Positions 9,020 to 18,929 of a DNA stretch of 64,000 bases are shown here, in pieces (position 1 is the first letter of the stretch; the number at the start of each line of letters is the position of its first letter). Both the position numbers and the translations under genes were made by a program. This DNA comes from Candidatus Bathyarchaeota archaeon (GTDB lineage Archaea; Thermoproteota; Bathyarchaeia; Bathyarchaeales; Bathycorpusculaceae): assembly GCA_963780185.1 (NCBI GenBank), contig CAWABA010000001.1:224001-288000 (forward strand), read 5' to 3'. The notes under the pieces are model-generated. The model did not search any database. It was not told the DNA's origin and saw nothing but the letters and a program-made list of their open reading frames with translations.

Positions 9020-9850
9020 ATGGAAGAGTTAAACGGCAAGCTTGAGCAGCTTCGAGGTTTCATCAGGGAAACTGGGAAAGATGGCGTTGTCATCGCTTTT
9101 TCTGGAGGCGTGGACAGTTCAACTTTGGCTGCGGTAAGTTACGAAGTCATAGGCGGCAAGGTTGTTGCCGTCATCGCTAAGTCCCCAACTTACACCTCCG
9201 AAGAGTTGGAGGACGCCAAGAAAATCGCTAAAGAAATAGGCATCAAACTCTTCATCATCGAAACTAACGAGTTACAAAACGAAGATTTCAGCCGAAACCC
9301 CGAAAACCGTTGTTACTACTGCAAAAAAGAACTCCTCAAAGACCTAAGCGACTTCGCGCATGAACTCGGGTTCAAAGCCGTTTTTGAAGGAACAAACTTC
9401 TCCGATTTAAACGACCACAGACCAGGCTTCAAAGCCGTTAAAGAAGCAAAAAACGTGTTCAGCCCCTGGATGCTCAACAAATTTACCAAGGATGAAATTC
9501 GCCAAGTGGCAAAACAAATGGGACTTAGCGTTCACGATAAGCCTGCCTTAGCCTGTTTAGCGTCGCGGATACCGTTTAACGAGAAAATTACAGCTGAAAA
9601 ACTAATCCGAATCGACAAGGCGGAGCAGGCGGTGAAGGCGTTAACTGGGGTTAAGCAGGTTCGCGTAAGAGACCACAACGGCTTAGCCAGAATTGAAGTT
9701 GGAAAAACGGAGCGCACGCTCTTCTGCCGCGTCGAAGTTTTGGATAAGGTGTCGGAATGCTTGAAAAAACTCGGCTTCAAATACGTGACCTTTGACTTAG
9801 ACGGCTACCAGTCGGGAAGCATGCTTAAGACTTTGGACCCTCAGGAGTAA
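9020..9850 (+). CDS. larE: ATP-dependent sulfur transferase LarE
   Basis: PP-loop AFSGGVDS, RCYYCK, DHRPG, ACLASRIP, VRVRDH. Confidence 0.92.
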   Translation: MEELNGKLEQLRGFIRETGKDGVVIAFSGGVDSSTLAAVSYEVIGGKVVAVIAKSPTYTSEELEDAKKIAKEIGIKLFIIETNELQNEDFSRNPENRCYYCKKELLKDLSDFAHELGFKAVFEGTNFSDLNDHRPGFKAVKEAKNVFSPWMLNKFTKDEIRQVAKQMGLSVHDKPALACLASRIPFNEKITAEKLIRIDKAEQAVKALTGVKQVRVRDHNGLARIEVGKTERTLFCRVEVLDKVSECLKKLGFKYVTFDLDGYQSGSMLKTLDPQE

Positions 9851-9916
9851 AATCAAAGGCTTTTTCTTGTCCCGCAAGCTCGGAAATCCGCTGATATTTG
9901 TATAATTTATATATTA

Positions 9917-10711
9917 ATGGTACATAATCAAGATACCGAGGACAGCTTAGGCATGACTTGGTATGACGATCCCTTAACGGTCATTGCAGTTGCGTTAGTG
10001 ATAATTTTCGCCTGCGCAGTGGTCTTTTACGCCATGCGACGCCTCGGCACCAGTAAAGGACCGCCAAAGAAAAAACCGCAGCAGACCCAAAGGGCAACTG
10101 GGGATCCAAATCTTGATTATTCTGACTCACCGTTCAGAATCTCCAAAAGCGTTCAAGCCTCAACCGCTTCCTCTGCAAAAAATGAGTTGCGGATGCTGGA
10201 TTTGGAGAGGGAAATTTTGGGCGACGCGATTCGTCGTCTTTATGAAGCTCAAGCTGAGGGAAAAATTACCGAGCAAGAACGCGAAAAGCTCGCTGGAACT
10301 TACACGTCAAGAATGATGTCGATTAAAGAATCCATTTCAAAAGACGAATCTATAGTTGCATTGCACGACCTTGAAGACATGCAGGAAGATTTGATGAAGC
10401 TTTTCAGCGAACGCTTCACCGACTTAACCTCCAAGGTTGAAGAGTTAAGGACCCGAATCGACGTCAAGCCGATAAAAGAAATACCAGTAAAAATGCCTAC
10501 GCCCGCTCCTGCTTCCCAGATGGAGAAGATGGATGAGGCGGAAGAGGCTGAAGAGGAAGAAGCCACAGGCGAGGAGAAGCAGAAGCGGAAACGTAAGCCG
10601 CCTGAAGAGAAGCCTGACGCTAAGACTGAGGCTGAGAAGAGGATTGAGTCGATTCGAAGTGAAGTTGAGAAGGTTCTAGATAAGCTGGGGCAGATGGAAA
10701 TTGAAAGTTAA
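9917..10711 (+). CDS. Membrane-anchored coiled-coil hypothetical protein
   Basis: One N-terminal TM helix, helical charged body; overlaps the rpiA start. Confidence 0.7.
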   Translation: MVHNQDTEDSLGMTWYDDPLTVIAVALVIIFACAVVFYAMRRLGTSKGPPKKKPQQTQRATGDPNLDYSDSPFRISKSVQASTASSAKNELRMLDLEREILGDAIRRLYEAQAEGKITEQEREKLAGTYTSRMMSIKESISKDESIVALHDLEDMQEDLMKLFSERFTDLTSKVEELRTRIDVKPIKEIPVKMPTPAPASQMEKMDEAEEAEEEEATGEEKQKRKRKPPEEKPDAKTEAEKRIESIRSEVEKVLDKLGQMEIES

Positions 10712-11411
10712 CCTTGATCCGATTCAAGAGGCAAAACGCAACGCAGCGTTAGCCGCGGTTAAGCATGTTCAAGACGGCTTTATCGTTGGTTTAGGCAGTG
10801 GAAGCACAGCCGCGTTTGCCATCGAAGCTTTAGGCGAAAGAGTAAAACGGGAAAACCTGAAAATAATGGGTATCCCCACCTCGTACCAAGCTTTCCTGCT
10901 GGCGGTCCAATGCGGAATCCCCATCACGACTTTGGATGAACATCCCGAAGTTGACGTAACCATCGACGGAGCCGACCAAGTCACCCCCGAACTGAACTTA
11001 ATCAAAGGCATGGGCGCAGCAATGGCGAGAGAAAAAATAGTTGCCGCATCCTCAAAGCTGAATGTTATCATCGCGGACGAACAGAAGAAAGTCAAGTTGC
11101 TGGGCGAAAAAGGGCAGGTTGTGCCTGTCGAGGTTTTGCCATTTGCAATTTCGCTGGTAAAACGAAAAATCGTTGAGGTCGGCGGGAAACCTACTTTGCG
11201 TGAGGGCAAAGGCAAACTGGGTCCAACCATAACTGATAACGGCAACGCCATTTTAGACACGTATTTCGGCGAAATCCCCAAGCCAGCGGAGTTGGCTGTT
11301 AAGGTGAAGATGATTCCTGGGGTTGTGGAAACAGGGTTTTTTGTCGGCTTAACCGACATTGTCTACGTTGGAAAAGTAGGCGCGGTTGAGAAAATCCAGC
11401 GAAAACATTAA
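10701..11411 (+). CDS. rpiA: Ribose-5-phosphate isomerase A
   Basis: GLGSGST, IDGADQV, IKGMGAA..REKIV, TDNGN, PGVVETG. Confidence 0.95.
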   Translation: MKVNLDPIQEAKRNAALAAVKHVQDGFIVGLGSGSTAAFAIEALGERVKRENLKIMGIPTSYQAFLLAVQCGIPITTLDEHPEVDVTIDGADQVTPELNLIKGMGAAMAREKIVAASSKLNVIIADEQKKVKLLGEKGQVVPVEVLPFAISLVKRKIVEVGGKPTLREGKGKLGPTITDNGNAILDTYFGEIPKPAELAVKVKMIPGVVETGFFVGLTDIVYVGKVGAVEKIQRKH

Positions 11412-11463
11412 GCACAAACCATTTTTGATGGGCGCGCCAAGGCGACAGGCGTTATTGCCTGTT

Positions 11464-11709
11464 TTATTTGCTTCTGGGTTTAGCTGGGTTTTTAATGTGT
11501 GTTATGTGTGAGTGGACGAATTCTTGTTCTGACAGGGTTCTGCCTATTAGGTCTTGGACGGCGGCGTTCAAGTTGCCGTTGTAGTAGGGTCTAACGGTTT
11601 TCTCCATGAATTCGCTGATAAGCGAAGCGGGAACATCGTGAAGCGTCAAGTCAACCTCAAGGTCTTCCTGCTCGGCTAAGATTGCGGTTTTCTTTTTGAT
11701 GTGAATCAC
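11464..11709 (-). CDS. Small hypothetical protein, possible ribbon-helix-helix fold
   Basis: LTLHDVP strand followed by two amphipathic helices (..NLNAAVQDLI). Confidence 0.5.
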   Translation of the reverse strand: MIHIKKKTAILAEQEDLEVDLTLHDVPASLISEFMEKTVRPYYNGNLNAAVQDLIGRTLSEQEFVHSHITHIKNPAKPRSK

Positions 11710-12088
11710 CTGTGAGTCACGCTATCGTTCGGTGTCGGTTAAAAGGCGAACTGAGAAACTACCTTGTAAGGCAGTGGAGAGGTAAGTGAAAGTGAAAAGC
11801 AAAAGCAGATGCCAAAACTGCAAAACACTTACTTCCATGGCAAAAGAAGAGCGTCAACACTGCGAATACGTTAATTCTTAAAAAGCCGATTTTTCGTCTC
11901 TATTTGGCTCTGCTAGATGTGCCTGTTTGGATCCTCTAGAAAACCGTAGGGGTAGCAGGTACGAAAAAGAAAAACGCGAGGACTGAGCGGTTTAAGCAAT
12001 TAAGCCCAAAGGTTCCCGCTGCAAAAGGAAAACGTGCATCACCATTGGACAAATCAACAGATTTAAATTCGCATACCCAAGTTTTGTC

Positions 12089-12442
12089 TTGATGTCAAAC
12101 GATAAAATTTGCTCGCTTGAAGATGCTTTGAAGCATTCGGGTGAACTGAGACTAGAAGCTAAAAAGGCATTGGATTTTGAAAGTGCAGAGCAAAAAGTTA
12201 AGGTTTTCAAGGCTTTTGGTGATGAGATTCGGCTTAGAATTTTGAGTCTTTTGCAGACTCGTGAGATGTGTGTTTGTGAAATTTTGGTTGCTCTTGAATT
12301 AACTCAGCCTACGGCTTCTCACCATTTGGCTATTTTGGAGCAGGCGGGTTTAGTTAAGAAGAGAAAAGAGGGTAAATGGGTTTTCTACCGCGTTAGTTGT
12401 CCTGGTTTGCTGGATAGTTTTCGTAAGGTTGGTCTTTTGTAG
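12089..12442 (+). CDS. arsR: ArsR/SmtB family repressor
   Basis: FKAFGDEIRLRIL, EMCVCEI, SHHLAIL...GKWVFY. Confidence 0.9.
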   Translation: MMSNDKICSLEDALKHSGELRLEAKKALDFESAEQKVKVFKAFGDEIRLRILSLLQTREMCVCEILVALELTQPTASHHLAILEQAGLVKKRKEGKWVFYRVSCPGLLDSFRKVGLL

Positions 12443-12464
12443 TTGATTCGCGTGAAAACGAAGC

Positions 12465-12490
12465 AACATATTTAAATAAATTAATATGTT
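12465..12490. promoter_or_regulatory. Putative ArsR operator overlapping the acr3 TATA box
   Basis: AACATATT-N10-AATATGTT imperfect 12-2-12 palindrome containing TTTAAATA. Confidence 0.6.
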
Positions 12491-12507
12491 CTGTCTGCTA
12501 GACCACT

Positions 12508-13644
12508 TTGAAAAGCCCACAAAAACCAGCAAATCAAGATATCGACCCGAAAAATTTTGATAAACCAAATGCTGAAGGAGGTAGAAAACCCAAAACTCGG
12601 CTCTCATGGCTGAGCAGGTTCTTGACCCTTTGGATTTTCTTAGCGATGATTCTTGGCATCGCGATAGGTTACGTTTACCCACCAGTTTCAAGTGGAATAG
12701 GCTCGCTTAGCGTAGGAACCACGTCTATTCCCATCGCAGTTGGGTTGATTTGGATGATGTATCCTCCGCTTGCCCGAGTAAAGTATGAAGACTTAAAGAA
12801 AATTGTGACTGCCCCCGGTTCAAAGGCTATGCTGTCTGGGTCGCTTACTCTAAACTGGGTGGTTGGACCCCTGTTGATGTTTGCGTTGGCATGGGTTTTT
12901 CTTGGCGCATATCCTGATTTGAGAAATGGGTTAATTCTCATAGGCATAGCCAGATGTATAGCCATGGTTATTGTTTGGAATAACCTTGCGGAAGGGGACA
13001 ATGAATGGACAGCTTTGCTTGTTGCGGTTAATTCGGTTTTTCAGATTTTAATGTATTCTGTTCTGGCGTTCTTTTACATTACAGTGGCTAGCTCATGGAT
13101 TTCTGGTTCAGCGCAGGCGGTAAACATTTCTCTTTTGCAAGTTGCGCAGTCGGTTGGGATTTACCTTGGAATACCCTTCTTTGCGGGGATTGTGACCAGA
13201 TTCTACTTCTTGAAGGCGAAAGGTAGAGATTGGTATGAGCAAAAGTTGATGCCTAAACTTGGACACACGTCGCTGATTGCCCTGTTGTTTACCATCGTTG
13301 TCATGTTCTCACTCAAAGGTCAATACATCCTGAGTTTACCGGTTGACGTCGTGTTGGTTGCCTTACCTCTTCTGTTGTACTTCATGATTATGTTCTTCGG
13401 CTCCTTTGCCCTCGGTTACTTCTCCAAACTTGGGTACAAAAGGACAACTTCACTTTCCTTCACCGCCGCAAGCAACAACTTCGAGTTAGCCATAGCCGTA
13501 GCCGTCGCCGTCTTCGGCTTAGCTTCTCAAGAAGCCTTCGCCGCCGTCATTGGTCCTTTAATAGAAGTTCCCGTAATGATTAGTTTAGTTAACGTTGCCT
13601 TCTGGTTAAGAAAAAGATACTTCAAAGAGGAAAATGCAAAATGA
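12508..13644 (+). CDS. acr3: ACR3 family arsenite efflux transporter
   Basis: GLIWMMYPPLA, ARCIAMV, SNNFELAIAVA, GPLIEVP. Confidence 0.95.
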   Translation: MKSPQKPANQDIDPKNFDKPNAEGGRKPKTRLSWLSRFLTLWIFLAMILGIAIGYVYPPVSSGIGSLSVGTTSIPIAVGLIWMMYPPLARVKYEDLKKIVTAPGSKAMLSGSLTLNWVVGPLLMFALAWVFLGAYPDLRNGLILIGIARCIAMVIVWNNLAEGDNEWTALLVAVNSVFQILMYSVLAFFYITVASSWISGSAQAVNISLLQVAQSVGIYLGIPFFAGIVTRFYFLKAKGRDWYEQKLMPKLGHTSLIALLFTIVVMFSLKGQYILSLPVDVVLVALPLLLYFMIMFFGSFALGYFSKLGYKRTTSLSFTAASNNFELAIAVAVAVFGLASQEAFAAVIGPLIEVPVMISLVNVAFWLRKRYFKEENAK

Positions 13645-14036
13645 AAAAGGTTATGTTTGTTTGTGTTGAGAACGCTGGCAGAAGCCAAATGGCTGAGGCC
13701 TTCGCTAACAAGTACGGGGAAGGAAGGCTGGCTGCGCAGAGTGCAGGGATAAAGCTGGCGCCGAAAGTGAACCCGCTGGTTGTCAAAGCCATGAGTGAAA
13801 AGGGAATTGACATTTCCACGAATAAGCCTAAGCTGCTTACTATGCAGATGGCGAATCAGGCTGACCTCATAGTCACCATGGGATGCGGCGCCTCTGACTT
13901 TTGCCCCGGCCCATTCTTTAAGGAAACCATTGACTGGGCGCTGGAAGACCCCAAAGGCAAACCTATGGAAAAGGTGAGAGAAATCCGAGATGCGATTGAA
14001 GCCAGGGTTCGGCAATTAATTCTACTCGAAAACTAA
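13641..14036 (+). CDS. arsC: Arsenate reductase (LMW-PTP fold)
   Basis: CVENAGRSQMAE, TMGCG...CP, W.LEDP. Confidence 0.9.
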   Translation: MKKVMFVCVENAGRSQMAEAFANKYGEGRLAAQSAGIKLAPKVNPLVVKAMSEKGIDISTNKPKLLTMQMANQADLIVTMGCGASDFCPGPFFKETIDWALEDPKGKPMEKVREIRDAIEARVRQLILLEN

Positions 14037-14137
14037 AGATTGAATTTCGTCATGGCCCAAAATTATTGTGAAAGCCAGACTGTAACCTGATAGGTAAGAA
14101 ACGGGGAGAAGGGGCGTTGTTCTGCGATGGTTCTGGT

Positions 14138-14797
14138 TTAGGATTGGTTTTTGGCTCTTAGCGGGATTCGTGTGAAGGCGTGGATTGTTGATTCGTGGTA
14201 CCATGCGTCTGGGTTTTGGTATTTGACGACGGGTGAAACGTGCCGGATTTTTTCGGCTTCTTTGGATTCGAGGCTGCAGATGACTTCAATGAGGGTTTGG
14301 CGGTGTTTTTCTTTCTCCTCCACAAAAGAATCGAAGATTCGTTTGAAGTTGTTTGAGCTCTGCGGTATCAACGCTGAGAACTCGTCTGCGACAAACTTGG
14401 TTGCTGAGGATTGCAGGTAACCGGTGTAGGTTTCGTTGAGGAGGTCTTCCATGTTGATTAGTTCGCTAAGTATTTCGCAACTAATCAATGGACTCAAATT
14501 GTTTATGTTGGATATTATTTTTGTAAAAGTTGAGATTTGCGCAGCTAACTCTGCTATTTCTTTTTTGCATTCTGCGTCTTCGATTTCCGACAGGTCAAGG
14601 TGACTAAGTATTCCCTGAAGGATCTTGGAGCTTTTAAGGCTGTCATAGGCTAACCCCACGATAAAGCTGCTTTCAGGTTGATTGATTTTTTTTGAAAGGG
14701 CTTCGTAAACGCGGAAGGATTCGATTTCAAGGTTGTTGAAGCATTTTAGATATTGGGCGCTTTCTTGCAGTTTTTCGTTCATATGTGCTGTCTCCAA
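14138..14797 (-). CDS. Hypothetical helical protein, possibly ferritin-like
   Basis: Helical 219 aa with E..Y and EEKEKH-like motifs; no firm family call. Confidence 0.55.
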   Translation of the reverse strand: METAHMNEKLQESAQYLKCFNNLEIESFRVYEALSKKINQPESSFIVGLAYDSLKSSKILQGILSHLDLSEIEDAECKKEIAELAAQISTFTKIISNINNLSPLISCEILSELINMEDLLNETYTGYLQSSATKFVADEFSALIPQSSNNFKRIFDSFVEEKEKHRQTLIEVICSLESKEAEKIRHVSPVVKYQNPDAWYHESTIHAFTRIPLRAKNQS

Positions 14798-14921
14798 AAA
14801 AGGTGTATAGGGAATCTTAATAAGTATTATTTATTTTGTCTTCAACTTCCTGTTTGTTCAACACAACAACAAATAGGCGAGAAAAACAGCTTTCAGCAAC
14901 ATGCAACAGGAGAAAAGTGCC

Positions 14922-15332
14922 TTACGAGCTGCGTAGCACAATCATTGTGTTGGTTTTGACTATGCCTTCAACCATCCGGATTTTTTCGATGGATTCGTTG
15001 ACTTCAGCCATGTTCATGCCCCCGATGACCGCGACAATGTCGTATTCGCCGCTGACTTCGTAGGTTGTTTCAACGTTTGGGATTGCTTGGATTTTCTTTG
15101 ACACTTCCTGCGTTGGATAAGCGGTGTTGGCTGTAAGCAGCGTTATGGCTTGGGCGCCTTCTGCAAGGCTGATTTTAACGGTGAATTTACGGATTACTCC
15201 TTCGTCAGATAATGTTTTTATTCTTTTTCGCACTGCGCCCTCTGATAACCCGATTTTTGTACCTAATTCTCCGTAGCCTGAGCGGGCGTTATCTTTTAGA
15301 AGTTTAATTATTTCTTTGTCTTTTGCATCCAT
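14922..15332 (-). CDS. Lrp/AsnC family regulator (LysM-like), divergent from lysW
   Basis: MDAKDKEII..L..NAR, GLSEGAVRKRIK, SGEYDI; start at ATG 15332. Confidence 0.9.
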   Translation of the reverse strand: MDAKDKEIIKLLKDNARSGYGELGTKIGLSEGAVRKRIKTLSDEGVIRKFTVKISLAEGAQAITLLTANTAYPTQEVSKKIQAIPNVETTYEVSGEYDIVAVIGGMNMAEVNESIEKIRMVEGIVKTNTMIVLRSS

Positions 15333-15467
15333 CAATTGTCGCCGCAGGTATTTGTTTTGGGCAAAATTTAACGTTTTCCCTTGTCGGCTCTTGATGGATG
15401 TTACGTTTTTCGTTAAGCTTAGCATGTTGGTTTACTGGTTCTTGATTTGGGGGTTGCTTGGTTGTGC

Positions 15468-15520
15468 ATCAAATGGGACATTCGCGGTCTAACTTGTAAC
15501 AAATTAGTCACAATGTTTAA
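15468..15520 (+). promoter_or_regulatory. Bipartite operator/promoter element, copy 1 (upstream of the lysW operon)
   Basis: ATCAAATGGGACATT-N13-GTAACAAATTAGTCACAATGTTTAA, near-identical to 43116-43168. Confidence 0.8.
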
Positions 15521-15613
15521 ATTTGGAATTTAATTATTTGAAAGTTCATTTCCGACAAATACTAAAGTGACGAATAAAAAATGATTAAACCTGTAAATTC
15601 AAATTCCCAAGGC

Positions 15614-15787
15614 ATGAAGGCAAAATGTCCTGACTGCGACGCTGAGCTTGATGTTCCGGTTGACGCAGAGAAAGGAGAAATCCTTAGCTGCCCGGGTTGC
15701 GGGCTTGAACTTGAAGTTAAGCAAGTTAAAGGCGGATGCGTGGACCTTCAAGAATTAACAATTGAAGGGGAAGACTGGGGAGAATAA
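15614..15787 (+). CDS. lysW: Amino-group carrier protein LysW
   Basis: CPDC...CPGC zinc ribbon and C-terminal EDWGE. Confidence 0.97.
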   Translation: MKAKCPDCDAELDVPVDAEKGEILSCPGCGLELEVKQVKGGCVDLQELTIEGEDWGE

Positions 15788-15848
15788 GCAGTATTCACCG
15801 CTAAGTCTTCATTTAACTTAGTTTTTTAAGTATCTTTGGTGAATAGCG

Positions 15849-17033
15849 ATGAGCATTGCCCTTTTGTATGAGCGGTCTGAAAACGACGAAAACGGCATCA
15901 AGTTGACCGCGCAGCAACTAGGCATAGACTTGACTTTTCTGCCCTTCAGAAAAATCGCTCTCTCAATTTCTAAAGAAGGATTTTCAGCTAAGACAAAAGG
16001 GAAGGACTACACCGGCATAGTCAAAGACGTCGCGGTTGTTCTTAACCGTGCTCAAAGCAAAAACCGTCGGCTACAAGCCTCCTACCTCATGGAGCAGCTT
16101 GGTAAAAAAACCCTAAACACATCACAAGTCGAATTTGTATGCTACAGCAAACTGCGCACGCTGCTGAATCTCTGGAAGGAAGGTTTGCCGATTCCCAAAA
16201 CCGTTTACGTTCCATGCGACCCAACCGACGCCCTCAAGAACGGGAAAGAAATCCACAACGAGAAAGACATAGCTGAACTGGTTCAGCAAGAGATCCCGCT
16301 GTCAGACGGTATCGTAATTAAGGCTGACGCTGGAACGCATGGCAAGATGATTATGCTGTCTAAAACCAGCGAAGAGCTTATCGCCAACATCAAGGAAACG
16401 AAGCCGTCAATCATTAACCCAGTCGGCGTAGTCGCGCAGGAACTCGTTGAAAAATGGTTTTACGACCTGCGAATAATTGTCTCTAAAGAAAAAGGTAAAC
16501 AACCCGTTTGCTACCCCATTTCGATGGCGCGGGCTGGCTTTAAAGATTTTAGAACAAACACTTTCTTGGGTAACTTGGTTTTCGGTGCCAAGCTTCCGAG
16601 AAGCGTTCAGGAACTGTCGGTGAAATGCGGCAAAACCCTTGGCAAAGGCAGTGAAGCATGGATTTTTGCGTTGGACGCGATGGTGAACGTTAAAGAAAAC
16701 AAGAGCGTGGATGACGCTTACGTTAAGGGTCAGTTGGATAAGGCTGGGCAGGCTTTTTTGGCTGTTCAAAAGGTTAAGCAAGATGAAATGCGTCTGACTG
16801 ATTTTTCAGTATGGACCACCAAGCTTGAGAAGGCTTTCCAGCTCTACGCGAACAGCGAGTGGTACGGAAATACCAAAAACGTCCTTGACGAGAGCATAGA
16901 AAAAAATAAGAGCGCCCTTGTGTTTCATGAATCAAATTCGTGTCCCGAGTTCTGGGAGAACACACGGCTTGCAACGGGGCTTAATGTTGCGGTTCCCTTG
17001 TTGAAGTGTGCTCAAAGCTTAATTGACCGTTAA
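15849..17033 (+). CDS. Divergent ATP-grasp ligase in the LysX/ArgX position
   Basis: Lies between lysW and lysY; IPKT, QELV...DLRI, FRTNT, ESNSCPEF motifs; 394 aa. Confidence 0.75.
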   Translation: MSIALLYERSENDENGIKLTAQQLGIDLTFLPFRKIALSISKEGFSAKTKGKDYTGIVKDVAVVLNRAQSKNRRLQASYLMEQLGKKTLNTSQVEFVCYSKLRTLLNLWKEGLPIPKTVYVPCDPTDALKNGKEIHNEKDIAELVQQEIPLSDGIVIKADAGTHGKMIMLSKTSEELIANIKETKPSIINPVGVVAQELVEKWFYDLRIIVSKEKGKQPVCYPISMARAGFKDFRTNTFLGNLVFGAKLPRSVQELSVKCGKTLGKGSEAWIFALDAMVNVKENKSVDDAYVKGQLDKAGQAFLAVQKVKQDEMRLTDFSVWTTKLEKAFQLYANSEWYGNTKNVLDESIEKNKSALVFHESNSCPEFWENTRLATGLNVAVPLLKCAQSLIDR

Positions 17034-17052
17034 TTAAAATGGCAAAGGAAGG

Positions 17053-18114
17053 ATGGCAATGTTGAGAATTGGAATAATAGGCGGTTCAGGCTACGTTGGC
17101 AGCGAACTTCTGCGGCTGCTGCTTCTTCACCCGCAAGCAGAGGTAACTACGGTTACTTCACGGCAAAGCGCAGGGGAATTTGTTTTTAACGTTCATCCGA
17201 ACCTGCGGGGCTTGACCCAGCTCAAATTCGTGCCTCTAGACATTGCTGAGTTGCAGAAAAACTGCGACTTGATATTTACGGCGACGCCGCATGGGGGCTC
17301 GGTTAATCTTGTTCCCAAACTTTTGGAGGTTGGCTTAAAGGTAATTGATATGAGTGCTGATTTCCGCCTCAAAAAACCAGCCGACTATGAAACTTACTAT
17401 GGTTGGAAGCATGCTCACCCTGAAATGCTAACAGACGCTGCGTACGGGTTGCCAGAGCTTCATCGGGAAGAGATAAAAAAAGCCAAACTTGTAGCTTGCC
17501 CAGGCTGCGAGGCAACAGCCGCCATTTTAGGTTTAGCACCAATAGTGAAGGCTGGGTTTGTTGACAAAGACAAAATCGTGGTAGACCTAAAGGTTGGCTC
17601 TTCTGGAGGCGGAAGTAAACCGTCGCCTGCTTCTCATCATCCAGAGCGGTCTAGTGGAGTGCGTCCGTACAAGGTTGTTGGGCACCGCCACATCGCTGAA
17701 GTTGAACAAGAACTGGATGCCCTGTCCAATGAGCCAGTGATAATCTCTTTCACTCCGCATGCGGTAAACATGGTTCGCGGCATACTTGCAACAATTCACA
17801 CTTTCCCAAAACAGAAACTGGAAAACAAGGATCTTTGGCGTGCTTTCCGCGGAATGTACGGCAATGAACCGTTTGTGCGTATAGTGAAGTATCAGAAGGG
17901 GCCTTACCAGTTGCCTGACCCCAAAGTGACGTTGGGCACGAATTTCTGCGACGTAGGCTTCGAGATTGATGAGCACGCGAATCGGCTTCTGCTTTTCTCC
18001 GCACTCGACAACATGACCAAGGGCGCTTCAGGCCAAGCCGTCCAATGCATGAACATCCAGCTAGGCATTGACGAGACTACTGGCTTGAAGAGCACTGGTT
18101 TTCACCCGATGTGA
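17053..18114 (+). CDS. lysY: [LysW]-aminoadipate/glutamate-phosphate reductase (LysY/ArgC)
   Basis: GGSGYVGSEL, ACPGC, HHPER, HRH..E, DNMTKGASGQA. Confidence 0.9.
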   Translation: MAMLRIGIIGGSGYVGSELLRLLLLHPQAEVTTVTSRQSAGEFVFNVHPNLRGLTQLKFVPLDIAELQKNCDLIFTATPHGGSVNLVPKLLEVGLKVIDMSADFRLKKPADYETYYGWKHAHPEMLTDAAYGLPELHREEIKKAKLVACPGCEATAAILGLAPIVKAGFVDKDKIVVDLKVGSSGGGSKPSPASHHPERSSGVRPYKVVGHRHIAEVEQELDALSNEPVIISFTPHAVNMVRGILATIHTFPKQKLENKDLWRAFRGMYGNEPFVRIVKYQKGPYQLPDPKVTLGTNFCDVGFEIDEHANRLLLFSALDNMTKGASGQAVQCMNIQLGIDETTGLKSTGFHPM

Positions 18115-18929
18115 CCGCTATGCTGCTTGTTATCAAGATGGGCGGAAGCATACTCAAAGAAGGCGCATCCCAAGACCTAGTTGCAGACCTCAAAGAAGTA
18201 GCGAAAACCAACAAAGTCGTGCTGGTCCACGGCGGCGGCGTAGAAGTCACCGAAATAGCCTCAAAACTTGGAAAAGAACAGAAATTCATCGTTTCCCCCG
18301 AAGGCTTCAGAAGCCGCTACACCGACAAAGAAACCATCGAAATCTACACCATGGTTATGGCTGGCAAAATCAACAAACAAATCGTTTTAGCCCTGCAAAG
18401 CCAAGGCATAGCAGCAGTCGGCATAACAGGGTTGGACGCAGCCACCCTAAAGGCGGAGCGAAAAACGAAGCTTATAGCAGTGGACGAGCGGGGACGCAAA
18501 AGAGTCCTCGACGGCGGCTACACAGGAAAAATAACCGAGGTAAACACTGAACTGGTTAATCTTCTACTTGAGAAAGGTTACGTGCCGATAGTGACACCTA
18601 TCGCGCTAAGCCAAGACTGTGAACCCCTAAACGTGGATGGCGACCGAACGGCGGCGATAATTGCAGGCGCGTTGAAAGCGGACCGTTTGATTCTTCTAAC
18701 GGACGTGAAGGGCCTGATGCTTCGCGGCGAATGTGTTCCCAAGATAGCCGCCACCGAAGTTAAAGAGGTCTTGGGCAGCATTGGGCAAGGCATGAGCACC
18801 AAGGTGCATGCGGCGCTTGAGGCGCTAAACCAGGGCGTCAAAGAGGTTCTGGTTACCGCAGGCACGGGGAATGAACCTATAAGTTCAGCTTTAAATCATA
18901 AGGTCGGTACAGTGATAACTGGTGAATGA
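18111..18929 (+). CDS. lysZ: [LysW]-aminoadipate/glutamate kinase (LysZ/ArgB)
   Basis: KMGGS, VHGGG, SPEGFRSRYTD, GGYTGKI, LNVDGDR. Confidence 0.92.
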   Translation: MTAMLLVIKMGGSILKEGASQDLVADLKEVAKTNKVVLVHGGGVEVTEIASKLGKEQKFIVSPEGFRSRYTDKETIEIYTMVMAGKINKQIVLALQSQGIAAVGITGLDAATLKAERKTKLIAVDERGRKRVLDGGYTGKITEVNTELVNLLLEKGYVPIVTPIALSQDCEPLNVDGDRTAAIIAGALKADRLILLTDVKGLMLRGECVPKIAATEVKEVLGSIGQGMSTKVHAALEALNQGVKEVLVTAGTGNEPISSALNHKVGTVITGE

